Positions 1 to 10,445 of a stretch of DNA of 64,000 bases are shown in pieces (position 1 is the stretch's first letter; every line of letters starts with the position of its first letter). The notes beneath the pieces are model-generated. The model was not told the DNA's origin and did no database searches. It saw only the letters and a list, made by a program, of their open reading frames with translations. The stretch spans positions 372,001 to 436,000 of the forward strand of contig BROI01000025.1 of assembly GCA_027923505.1 (NCBI GenBank), read 5' to 3'. This DNA is from Mayamaea pseudoterrestris (taxonomy: Eukaryota). The translations under genes were made by a program, and so were the position numbers.

Positions 1-2015
1 AATGAATTGGATCTCTCTCGGTTACTAGGTGACTGGCTCTGCGCATCCTCCAAAGCGCTGGGACTATGAGCAGTCGAGTTGGAGCGAGTGTAACCGATGA
101 CTGGGTCGACAGACATGTCTTCCTCGTACGCAGAGGAGAAAAATCGCGCAGTGACATTCTCTTCCGCCTTTGTGCTTCCCGTAGATATCTTTTCCATAGA
201 ATCGAAATCAGAGTGAGCCGGTGACACAATGAGCTTACGATACTTTTCACGGAGGGCCTTGCGAAATGAGCTGCCATCCTGTCCTTCTTCCTCGAGCGTG
301 TCAACTGGTTGAATTGGCTTGAAAGGACTAGCAAGGCCTGCTTCGCTTCGCTCATCGGTTATCGGCCCATCCAAAGCAGCTGGGATTGTAGAGGAGGCAC
401 TGGGAGATGTTAGGCTAGATGTTCGGGTAGGTGTAGCATACCTTCGTTTGTCACGACGAGCCTGAATGGCCCGTCGGTACATGGACTTGGACCCAAGCGA
501 CACGAGATCACGACTCTCGAATGATCCGACAGAACCAGAATCAGGTGCCCATGATTTTGCTTGCAAGTTATTCTTGCCTTCTTGTTCCTTCAATGACTCA
601 ATGTCAATGACGGTCCGCAAGGGTTTTGTGGTGGAGCTCCGACTAACGCTTTCTGTTTTGGACAACGAGGGAGCAATCTCCACCTCGCGATGCTGCGCCA
701 TGCGCTCGGGGCTATCGCGATACTTGGCAGCATTGTTCTTTCCATCGCCGGAGCGGTTATACTGCACGGCACCAAACTCTGTCTCCAAGCTCGGCGAAGT
801 AAAAATGGGTTCCGGTGCAGAGACACTTGACTCACGTGCAAAGCGTTCCTGACTGACATTTCGAGCGCGGTTAATTCGAGACCTAATTTCTTCGTCTCCA
901 CTTTCGTCGGAGCTAAACACGAGATCATCGTCCAATGCCTTCTTATTGTTTGAGAAAACTCCGGCTTGGGTGGGCATTGATCCAACCTGCTGAGAATTTC
1001 GCGTCAACAAATGATTAACATTTACTTTATCGTCTTGCATTTGCTGCTGTCTACTCCGGCTCTCAATCACTTGCTCCGTTAAGCGAAAGAAGCTGCTGCT
1101 GTGGTCCGGACCTTGATCGGGCGAGCTCGAATAGTCGAGACGAATGTTGTGACCGGATGAAGGTGAGACGGAAGCCGACGACAGTTGTTGCTGCTGCTCC
1201 TTGTGAATGTACTCTGTCTCAAGGCTTGGACTTATCTCGATTGGATCTGGAGATAGGCCACTGCGGTCGCGAATAGCGTTGCTGTCGCCAGTTAAGCTAT
1301 TCGACTTGTGTTGATCATGCTTCTTCGTCTTGACAATTAACTCCTCTTCCAAGCTCGGCGTCGCGGCAATAGTATCAACCGGGTACTCATGGTTCCGGTA
1401 GCGTCGCATGTTTTTATTTCCATCGATATCAATGACTTGCTGTGAAATGCGGAGACCACCACTTGAACCACCTTTTATTGCTTGGGCCGACACCAGTGCC
1501 AAATGGTCATCATCATCCTGAAGGATCTTGCTGACATCATCAAGCTCGCTGCTAATGGAAAAGGTGATCCGTTGACCATCACGCCGCACTGGAATGGGCT
1601 TGACAGTTTTTTGTGATGGCTGTTCATGCGTACGATGATGGTGAACGGAAGGCGCTGCCGAAGATGTCGACTTGTCCGATGAATGATAATGATTTGCTCG
1701 ACGAGGCGCCGCAATATTGATCCTTCCAGGTTCGGTTGTCTCGTCGTCATTACTCATCATATCATGCATGGAGGCGTAGTCCATGGAAGTGAGGCCCGTT
1801 CTAGTAGAAACGTCATCGTCAAAGCTAATGTAGCGGCGTCCATGAGCAGGTGCTTTCGCCGTCGCTGCGCGGGTCGGCGGCTGACCACGTGTAGACGACG
1901 AAACAGAAAAGGCTGACGGAATAGCAGCAAAGCTGTTGCTCTCTTCATATTGTGTCAAATCAATCAGGTTGTCAATCATGACTGCAGACTGCCCAGTTAC
2001 TGTAGACCGTGACAT
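1..2015 (-). CDS. Hypothetical Ser-rich, probably disordered protein (671 codons or more; runs off the left edge)
   Basis: Manual translation gives an open frame from ATG 2015 (MSRSTVTGQSAVMIDNLIDLTQYEESNSF...) to the window edge (...AQSQSPSNRERSNS) with no stop. An in-frame TGA lies upstream of the ATG. Absent from the ORF track because its stop is outside the window. Confidence 0.75.
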   Translation of the reverse strand, partial: MSRSTVTGQSAVMIDNLIDLTQYEESNSFAAIPSAFSVSSSTRGQPPTRAATAKAPAHGRRYISFDDDVSTRTGLTSMDYASMHDMMSNDDETTEPGRINIAAPRRANHYHSSDKSTSSAAPSVHHHRTHEQPSQKTVKPIPVRRDGQRITFSISSELDDVSKILQDDDDHLALVSAQAIKGGSSGGLRISQQVIDIDGNKNMRRYRNHEYPVDTIAATPSLEEELIVKTKKHDQHKSNSLTGDSNAIRDRSGLSPDPIEISPSLETEYIHKEQQQQLSSASVSPSSGHNIRLDYSSSPDQGPDHSSSFFRLTEQVIESRSRQQQMQDDKVNVNHLLTRNSQQVGSMPTQAGVFSNNKKALDDDLVFSSDESGDEEIRSRINRARNVSQERFARESSVSAPEPIFTSPSLETEFGAVQYNRSGDGKNNAAKYRDSPERMAQHREVEIAPSLSKTESVSRSSTTKPLRTVIDIESLKEQEGKNNLQAKSWAPDSGSVGSFESRDLVSLGSKSMYRRAIQARRDKRRYATPTRTSSLTSPSASSTIPAALDGPITDERSEAGLASPFKPIQPVDTLEEEGQDGSSFRKALREKYRKLIVSPAHSDFDSMEKISTGSTKAEENVTARFFSSAYEEDMSVDPVIGYTRSNSTAHSPSALEDAQSQSPSNRERSNS

Positions 2016-2475
2016 GCGGAGCGGAAGCTGGTAATGGACGAGACTGCAATCGTCACCTTTTCAAAGCTCTTGATCAGAAGCAGAGACCCGTCAAGTGCTC
2101 TTCCACTGTATCAAAGCAACCAAACAAGCTTTCTAAGAAGCAATCCTTTCCCATGGCCAGTTGTTGATTGGAATCCAACGAGGAAGATATCATGGAGAAA
2201 CCGAAGGTTCGGCTGGCGCTCCCGAAGCGACGAGTTAGCGAGGAAGGCCTAAGTATTCATCGCAAAATTAAGAAGCGGTTTTGAAAACTTTGGTTACTTA
2301 GTACACAAATTCTCCCGACTGGCACGCGATGCTCTGAAAACCGCTCCGATACTACTTTTCTGTCTCGCCACGCATTCGTCGACTCGCGGTGAACAACCAT
2401 GAACATTGCATTGCTTTGCACTTTTGGTTCCGATTCTTGCCATGTACTGCGGCTGCAACAGCAGGAGCCATCACG

Positions 2476-3723
2476 ATGCACGGTAATAGAATTTTTAGCT
2501 TTGGCTCTTTGTTTGCGTTTCTGCTGATTGTGGCAGTGACTGCTATCCAAATCAAGAATGAAACGACGAGCACCAGTGCATGGAGCGTCTGGTTAGACGA
2601 CCTTTCATCACTTCCTTCCAATGGTTCGTAATGCTTGCGAGCATCGGACAAAATTGCATTGTTCTTTAAATCATCTCATTCGTAAGTTATAATTTTTTCG
2701 CTTTCAGTTCCTTTTCCTGGCGAGAAATGGCTTGACCGCATCGCTTCCGATTCATCACTGTCAACAGCTGCACCCTTTGCCTACAAGAACACTTTATATT
2801 CGTCCGTCTATGCAGCCTTTCTCGACAATCGACCTCTTGATTACCCATGTCGGAATTTGAATGCCTGGATCAATTCATTTTTCCTGTCGCCCTCGCTCGC
2901 TGGACTCGTAACGGAACAATTGCTTTCACTGGGAATTTCACTTGACATGGTCCATTACATGCTTTGCTACTTTCGCAATTTTATTGGCGCCATGATTGTA
3001 TACTATGGCACGGCCGCTGCCTTCCACTATGTCATTTACATTAAGAACGGAAGCACTTACTTTGCGGATCGACCAATGCCAACGGCGGCAATCATGTGGC
3101 ACCAAGTCAAGCTTGCGCAAGCCTCCATGATTCTGTACGTTCTGCTACCCGCAGTTGACGAGTATATTGTGGAATCTGGATACACTCCACTTGTCTACTA
3201 CACGATTGCTGACATTGAGGGCTTGCCGTGGTACTTGTTCTACACGGCCGTTTACTTTTTGGTGGTTGAAGTCGGCATTTACTGGATGCACCGGACGCTG
3301 CACACCAACAAGTTCCTCTACAAGCACTTGCACCTCAAGCATCATCAGTACAATGCGCCCGATACACTGACACCTTGGGCAAGCATTGCGTTTCATCCGC
3401 TCGATGGTATTCTGCAGGCGAGTCCGTATGTATTTACACTCTTTCTTGTTCCTTGCCACTATCCGACGCATTTCGCCATGCTTTTTTTCACCGCTATATG
3501 GGCAACATACATTCACGACTCTATGGAGTACAATCCACTCGTTTTAAAGAAACCAGTCATCATGGGATCGCGCTACCATACCATGCATCATACGCACTAT
3601 TCATGCAACTATGGGCAAGTGTTGACACTTTGCGACTGGTTTTGGGGAACATTGAAGGAGCCCGACACGAATAAGTGGAAGACTATGAGTGCGGCAAATA
3701 GAAAGAGTAAAAAGATAATGTAA
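2476..3723 (+). CDS. ERG3: Delta7-sterol C5(6)-desaturase (lathosterol oxidase), 2 exons
   Basis: His boxes HRTLH, HLKHH and HTMHH, the AFHPLDG motif and NYGQ..TLCDWFWGT. Exon 1 is 2476-2623, GT..AG intron 2624-2707 (84 nt), exon 2 is 2708-3723 and joins in frame. Confidence 0.9.
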
Positions 3724-3831
3724 ATAGATCATTTCTGTGTTCGTCTTATTCTTGTTTTGCTCATGAACTTCATCACCAATCGACTGGGGCTGCCGTGCCA
3801 AAAAGATATGCGTCGTTATTCACTCAATGCG

Positions 3832-6003
3832 CTAGTAAATATCAGGCAAAGAAGTAGTAATAACGTTGCCTTCCATCAGTGTCAGCTTGATCTGGCTCTG
3901 CGAACGCGGCAGTGATCCGCCTTCGTCCCCACTCTCCATAGTGGGACTCATGCCGCCCATCGTAGTGTTGCGCGCTACAATCGACTTTAAAAGCTCTTGA
4001 GAGGTGTAGCCGTAAGTCTTTACGTCGTTCAAGCTCAGTATGGAGTCTCCGGGGTTGAGTTGTCCAACTAGTGGACTATTTGACGCCACAAACTGAACCA
4101 CCGGGTAGTCCATTGGCCCTACGGCATCGAGGAATTGAAGTCCAAGCGAGACAAGCATGTCGTCCGCTGATGAACCTTGGAGTAAGGCTGGAATGGGGAA
4201 GTGAATCTCTCGCACATATCCAGCCTTTCCCAAATCAAGTAATATTTCTTCCAAGGATCTACTGGGTTCCGTCACATCCGAAGGGACCGCCGTATCGTCC
4301 AAATCTAGCTCCAGCTCAATTTCCTCACTGGTGCAATGATTCACTATGCTATCTGATGACAGGGTGAAGAAGCCAAACGATGAGGTGACCGACGTGTTCA
4401 CCTCTTCAATCGTTTGTTCGCCGTCTTGGAGAGGAATGTCCTCTCCGAGGAGACGGGGCGTGCGCGTCGTCTCAGCATTTTCCTCGTCATAGTCATTATC
4501 TTCGTCAATCTCAGAAGCTTCACTCATGTTGCTATCTGACCAAGCCATTGCATCTCCGTCGTCTCCGGCACCGTCGCTCTCGGTAAGGTCGGAGCCGTCG
4601 TCGCTGGATGACACATTTAGACCCGAGTCACCGTCACTTTCATCGTCGTCCGATTCTCGGTGGTCCACACTTGGGAATGGCGACGACATCATGGCCGCTA
4701 GCAGAGAAGTTTGCATGCCGCACAAGACACCCGCATCATCGCGAGCAAGTTGTTCTAGCTGGTAAATTGCCTCGAAACTTTCTTGCCCGCCTAAGGAAGG
4801 GGAATCATAGGCAAGACTAGGTTGAATCACTGACTTCACCAATGCGACGGTACGGTCATCCACGGGTTGCGCAAGCATTTGCAGCTGCCTGCTTTCCGCA
4901 CCAGTCAGAGTCAAATTATGATTCGAATTCTTTTCTGCTAAGCGCCGTTCGTCGGGCTGTTCGCTCCGGCTGCTCGTTCCGTCGCTGTCGTCCACCTCAC
5001 TTTCCTCTTCTTCCTCCAGTACACTCGAAATGCCGTGCGTATCACTGCTTTCTCCGCCACTCTCGTCCAAAATGCTGTTTGTCAGCGTTGAAAGCCGGGA
5101 GAGACCGGAAATATAGGCCAGTCCATGTTGCTGCTCCGGCGATGCGGATGACAGTGACGACGATACGGACGATGAATGCCCATGCGAACTTTTCGCTCTT
5201 CCACTCAGCTTGCTTGATGTGCCGCTCATGGGGAGCGCCTTGATGTCCTGGATCCATGGATTTATTGGTCGCTCATGACCAGAGTTCAGTATTGCCGCGC
5301 TCGTGGCCTGAGCAGCTGGTTGCGTCGGAGACAAAGGAGGCTGACACCAAACCTTTTCGTCGCGCTGTTCATCCTTGTACTCCTGGTAGGCAATAGCTCC
5401 GTCTTCGTCGCGAGCATGGCTTGTGGGTGGATCATACGGGCTCATGCTGCCACTAGCAACGCTTTGGTGGTCGCAGCCATCGTCGCCATCGGGATGCTCC
5501 TTTGACCGAAACAATCGCTTACGCAATCGGCACAGCCTCGTCCAACCAAAAAGGCAGCAGCCAAAACAAACAATGGTCACAGATAGTGACAGAAACATAA
5601 CTGGAATTCGCCATTCAGACTGAAGTTGTCTATACTTGTTTACTGGTGTCTTGAGTCGACGACGAATAAACGGAACAGGTGTGGAGGTCTTGTTTTTATT
5701 AAATGGTGAAATTTTGTTATATCGAAGCTATCAGATACAATGAGAAAACCAATTTAGATATCAAACGAAACGTCTTTGCAGTGAAAATTTGACATGAGTA
5801 TGTGCACTTACAGTCGAGGCAGCTTGAACAGCGTCAGGTGCGCCGTCCTCCTTGTTTACAACGCGTACAACAAAATCTACAGGTAACTTCTCCTTGACTA
5901 GTGATCCATCTCGAAAAGGATCTGAAGCAAAACTGATCCGAATGAATATATGCCAAAGCCATAGTGCAAGTAGGATCGACAGCACCACCTGATACGGCTT
6001 CAT
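3832..6003 (-). CDS. Type I membrane protein with an acidic disordered tail and a C-terminal PDZ-like domain, 2 exons
   Basis: Exon 1 6003-5812 (hydrophobic leader MKPYQVVLSILLALWLW), GTAAGT donor, intron 5811-5728 (84 nt, phase 0), exon 2 5727-3832. TM segment VMFLSLSVTIVCFGCCLFGW. PDZ-like segment SLGLQF...PVVQFVASNSPLVGQLNPGDSILSLND. Confidence 0.7.
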
Positions 6004-6787
6004 GGTAAAACTGCAGGATGCGGAGACCAAGTGCAATCAACGAAAGATCAACTATAATCGACCAATGTGAAACCCATTTGGTTAAGAGAGACTGGGCCAT
6101 TTGAGTCTCCTCTTGGCAATCTTCATCGTGTTTTCTCGCATTGAAAAGTTGGAGTCGCCATCAGCAGTTTTGACTCGTGGCTTGCATTCTTGGTGCGTAT
6201 CAATGCCACTGCTCCAATGAAATTCATCGCTAGTCCTGCACCTTTTTAGCAGGAAACATCCGTAAGTCGTTTGCCAGCGCAGCATGTCTTGGAAGCGAAA
6301 AACAAAAACTTTTAACAGCAAGCGATGGGCAAGACAAATGCATGCGTGACGACGCGACGACGGGGCCTTTCGACAATTACGTGCATCGTTTTGAAGACTG
6401 CTTTTATCAGATTCATAAGTGAATGTAACCTCCGCGCGCAGATTGTTGCACAAGTTTATTTACATTAACCTGTACGCTTATCGATTTATACCAAATAGTA
6501 CCGGTACCAGCAGCAATCTTCCTCGTTGTTTGCTGTTGTCGATGGTCGATTACGAGTACCGGTCCGAGTTTCGTGCATTTGCTTATAGATACTCCCAGTG
6601 CGTAGTTTTCATGATCACAAGACCTCGCCGATCCCGCATGCGCACTCTTTGTCCCACAGTCGCTGGCTAGGTTTGATCGTTCGCCCCTCTATCTGCCGCC
6701 AACTTGGTTCACGCTTCGATCACCGCACACTGTCTTGATGTATCTAATGTACGCTGAGAGTCCTCTAACTTCTCCCTTGGAATAAAC

Positions 6788-7957
6788 ATGACAATCAAGT
6801 ATGTGTTAATGGTCGGTATGGCTGGCGTTGCCTCGTTACTGATAGTGAAACAGCTCAGTTTGGAGCGCTCGCTTGTGGCTCTCCTGTGGCCGACAGAGTC
6901 GGCAGGCTCGACGCAACAAAGTGTTTCTACATTGTCGCACTCTTCTGGGGCTTACCACTTGCTTGTAGAGCCGCCAGAGAGAAAAGATGTTCCTTATACA
7001 CCAGCCTCAAGCGAAGCCTACGCGAATGATCATGCGGAAGAGTTGGGCTTTTTGGCAAACGATACCGACACCATGACCATGGCGTCATGTCGCATCTTTA
7101 CGGACGCTGAATTGCCAACTCATAAAAGTCTGCAAGCGTATCGGACGGAACTGACGGAATATACACGTCGCGTGGATGAATTTTCAACAGATATTCCAGA
7201 TTTGCGAGTTCCTCTGCAAGCTGGTGCAGATAGGGAGCAGCTTTGTTCTACTTTGGATCTGAATTTGACGGATGTATTCGCCGAGTCCAAGCAGTTATCG
7301 CATGGAAGCTTTGGCTATGCCGAGCCTCTCCTTCCTCCTATGCGTCATCCCGAGTTTTGTTTCGGCCGCCGCCAGCACTTGATGGCGTTAAATTATTTGA
7401 TTCATGACTGGCCGGCCATGTGCAAACGATTGACGCCATTCTCAAGAACCGTCTTTATTGACATGGGAGCCTCGCTTGCATTTCACTCCAACCGACAATC
7501 GCCAGCTATCTACATTCTGGAAACATACAAAAAGTTTGGCTTTGCCTTTGACCATGTTTATGCATTTGAAATTACCAAGCAGGAGCCGACGAGAGTGTTT
7601 GAAATGGTTCCGTCAAATATGCTTCATCAGTATCATTGGATCAACGTTGGCGTTGAATCAGATCCTGAAGGCAAGATGAATCCACTGCGCATGCTTTTGG
7701 AGCAGTTTAAGGAGGATGACTTTGTCGTTATCAAGCTTGACATTGACACTGGCTGGATCGAGGTGCCGCTCGCTCATCAGCTATTAAATGATGATCGATA
7801 CAGCAAATTGGTGGATCAGTTTTATTTTGAACACCATGTTTGGCAGTTGGAGCTGGCAGGTGATTGGGGCTCCTCCAAGGAAGGAAGTATCAAGTCATCC
7901 TTTGACCTCTTTGGCGGATTGAGAAAGAAGGGCATTGCTGCGCATTACTGGGTCTAG
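6788..7957 (+). CDS. Type II membrane protein, putative SAM-dependent methyltransferase (FkbM-like fold)
   Basis: 389 aa with an N-terminal signal anchor. FIDMGAS, HVYAFE, VIKLDID and FYFEHH resemble FkbM-family motif spacing. Confidence 0.6.
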   Translation: MTIKYVLMVGMAGVASLLIVKQLSLERSLVALLWPTESAGSTQQSVSTLSHSSGAYHLLVEPPERKDVPYTPASSEAYANDHAEELGFLANDTDTMTMASCRIFTDAELPTHKSLQAYRTELTEYTRRVDEFSTDIPDLRVPLQAGADREQLCSTLDLNLTDVFAESKQLSHGSFGYAEPLLPPMRHPEFCFGRRQHLMALNYLIHDWPAMCKRLTPFSRTVFIDMGASLAFHSNRQSPAIYILETYKKFGFAFDHVYAFEITKQEPTRVFEMVPSNMLHQYHWINVGVESDPEGKMNPLRMLLEQFKEDDFVVIKLDIDTGWIEVPLAHQLLNDDRYSKLVDQFYFEHHVWQLELAGDWGSSKEGSIKSSFDLFGGLRKKGIAAHYWV

Positions 7958-8545
7958 CCTAGCAGCTTTGCGGGCATGATATAGTTTAATAACATATAAA
8001 ATTGTTAAATTTGGGGAGTTTTTAAGAGATCGAATAGGGTAGGCAGGCGAGAAACAATGACCGCAGTCGGTGACGAGGCAAGAAGCAAGATGCGAGGTGT
8101 CTTAGGTCTTAGATAACGGGCAAGCGATGCGATAATGAAGAGTGATTGACACATGACCTCATCCACACAATCGGTCCTTGTATAACTGCAACCGGTAAGC
8201 ATTTAGAGAACTACTATCTGCAATTTTGTGTTGAATTCGCCGCATACAAGGCACACCGCCACGCCATGGTCGTCGCTTTCGAAATCGTGACACGAAAAAA
8301 TGTGCCGATTCGTTGCGCCAGCCGTGCTTTCTGAGTACTCTTGTTTCAATAGACATTCACGCCAGCCTATCATCGAGGAAGGTTACTTAAGCTCGGCTGA
8401 TAATTCAAGTCCGTTGATGAATCATGTGCCGACCGTTCCATCATCGAGCTCCGCCATGGCGCGCTCGACCATGCGATGATGACGAACGACGAACAACAAT
8501 CCATTAATTTTATCATCCACACGACTTAGATTTGACGCGTTCACC

Positions 8546-9871
8546 ATGGCAATGCAGTCTCTCCTGCTTCTATTACTTATAGCGCTTCTGCATCCGCTGC
8601 ATGCGCAGCAAGATAGCATAACAACTGACGACGAAGACGACAATTTGCTGTCTCTTCCCTTCGGCTTGCTCGACCTTCAAATTCGATCTCGATCGCCCTC
8701 AACACTCAACGAGTTTTTGTTCAATATTCTCTCGGAAACATCCACATTTCTCGATATTTATTTGACGCAAGCATTTCACAAGGGCGTCTTGTACTCGCAC
8801 GTGACCCTTGCCGTCGACTCGTACGACTTGACCACGACGCCTACCATTGCCGTCAATGCGAGCGCGGCAACGGAAGACAAGGTCTTGTCGTATGCAAGCA
8901 ACTATGATGCGACAGTCAGTCTGTCTGGAATGGCGCTCTTTGATACTGATGGAAAGAAGCCATGGAAACTGGAAGTGACGAACAGTGTCCGCAGGGTGCT
9001 ATTGGCGCATGCCAATGAATTGGAGCGGCGTTTGGCAGCCACCAACAATGAACTCTTGAGGGACTTGAAGTTCGTCATTGTCACGCTGAATGGAGAAACC
9101 ATGGCGGGGGGAAACTACACGGAAAGATTTGCCGGTGCTCAGCCCCGAGGAAGTGCTGATTCAATAGCAAGCCAAGACGATGATTCCTTGTCATTACCTG
9201 CTTGGTCAATGGCTGTCATGACGGGCTTGGGATCGTTTATCATAGTCCTGGCTTTGATTTATGTATGTCGTCATATTCGCCGAACGATGCGGCGCAATCG
9301 ATCTGGTCGGAGGGGCGCTCCGACGCAAAAACTCACGACAGATACGGACGACTATCGCGACAATGATATTGATGACGACGAGGATGCGGAGGAAGCTTCT
9401 CCCATGCACAGCGACATTGTCTCAGTCGCGAGCTCAGCTTTTACCTACAATCCATCACACTTATATGGCAGCGGTATTAGTAGGTTGACTCCAACATCTG
9501 CTGGACGAAACGCTGCAAACGCAAACTCTCATTCTGCAACCACAAGCTCAAACAATGCCGCCACCACCAATCCGCTTCTTCTCTTCCACAATGACATTAG
9601 CGCAATATCCAACAAGAAGGACTTGAGTTTAATTGATGAAGAGCAATCCGAGGATGCTAGTACAGCATCATCGAGCGAGCTAGGTTCGCCGCAGAATGCT
9701 GCAGCCACTAGGCGACGCCATAATTTAAACGCCAATGCAGACATGCCCAATGCGCTCGACTTGAATGGACCTTCGCAGAATGTCATTGATGATTTGAAGG
9801 ACTTGTCGGCGCAGATTGATACCTTTCGACGATCAAGCAAGGGTGGCATTGGAGCAGGTGATTTTGCTTAA
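8546..9871 (+). CDS. Hypothetical type I membrane protein
   Basis: 441 aa. Signal peptide (SLLLLLLIALLHPLHA), TM WSMAVMTGLGSFIIVLALIYVC followed by a basic stop-transfer stretch, Ser/Asn-rich tail. Confidence 0.75.
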   Translation: MAMQSLLLLLLIALLHPLHAQQDSITTDDEDDNLLSLPFGLLDLQIRSRSPSTLNEFLFNILSETSTFLDIYLTQAFHKGVLYSHVTLAVDSYDLTTTPTIAVNASAATEDKVLSYASNYDATVSLSGMALFDTDGKKPWKLEVTNSVRRVLLAHANELERRLAATNNELLRDLKFVIVTLNGETMAGGNYTERFAGAQPRGSADSIASQDDDSLSLPAWSMAVMTGLGSFIIVLALIYVCRHIRRTMRRNRSGRRGAPTQKLTTDTDDYRDNDIDDDEDAEEASPMHSDIVSVASSAFTYNPSHLYGSGISRLTPTSAGRNAANANSHSATTSSNNAATTNPLLLFHNDISAISNKKDLSLIDEEQSEDASTASSSELGSPQNAAATRRRHNLNANADMPNALDLNGPSQNVIDDLKDLSAQIDTFRRSSKGGIGAGDFA

Positions 9872-10445
9872 TCGACCATGTATGTTTCTTGTGTCTGGGT
9901 TTTGATATACAGGATGATGATTGCTCAATAGCCTTAACGTCTAACCTAGTTTTCGTAAAGTATATAAAGCAATAACTTTGGATTCATCAACGCGGACTTT
10001 TACCGTACATAGTTTACGGTACATAATGGCTCCGCGGCCACCACTTTCAAACCGTCAATTAAGTACAGTAATTAGCTTCATCACAGGCCAAACACTAGCA
10101 GCATTCAATTAATCGGATACTAGCGCTTTTTGACAGTAGCGTTTTTGTAAAGGCTCTTTTGCGGCTCCTCCGAAGAGAAGTCGAGTAATGTGCATCAAGT
10201 CCGGGAAAACAGAGCAATGCGAAGGAAAACTATGACGTCACGATGGCATCATCAACGCGCCGTTCGAGCCGACCATGCCGCTTTTGGGTATCTTTCAAAA
10301 CATGATTCGGCGACGAATATTGGATTCGTCAAATAAGCGATCCGTGATCATCAATTGCTGCAACCACCATCCCACTTTCTTGGAGTCGACAATGAGACGA
10401 GCCGACTATTGACGACTTATTATACTATTTACATACGCAGCCAAG

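Noticed and set aside
466..1948. Short ORFs listed in the track at the left end
   Set aside because: Explained as shadows of the long minus-strand ORF 2015->1.
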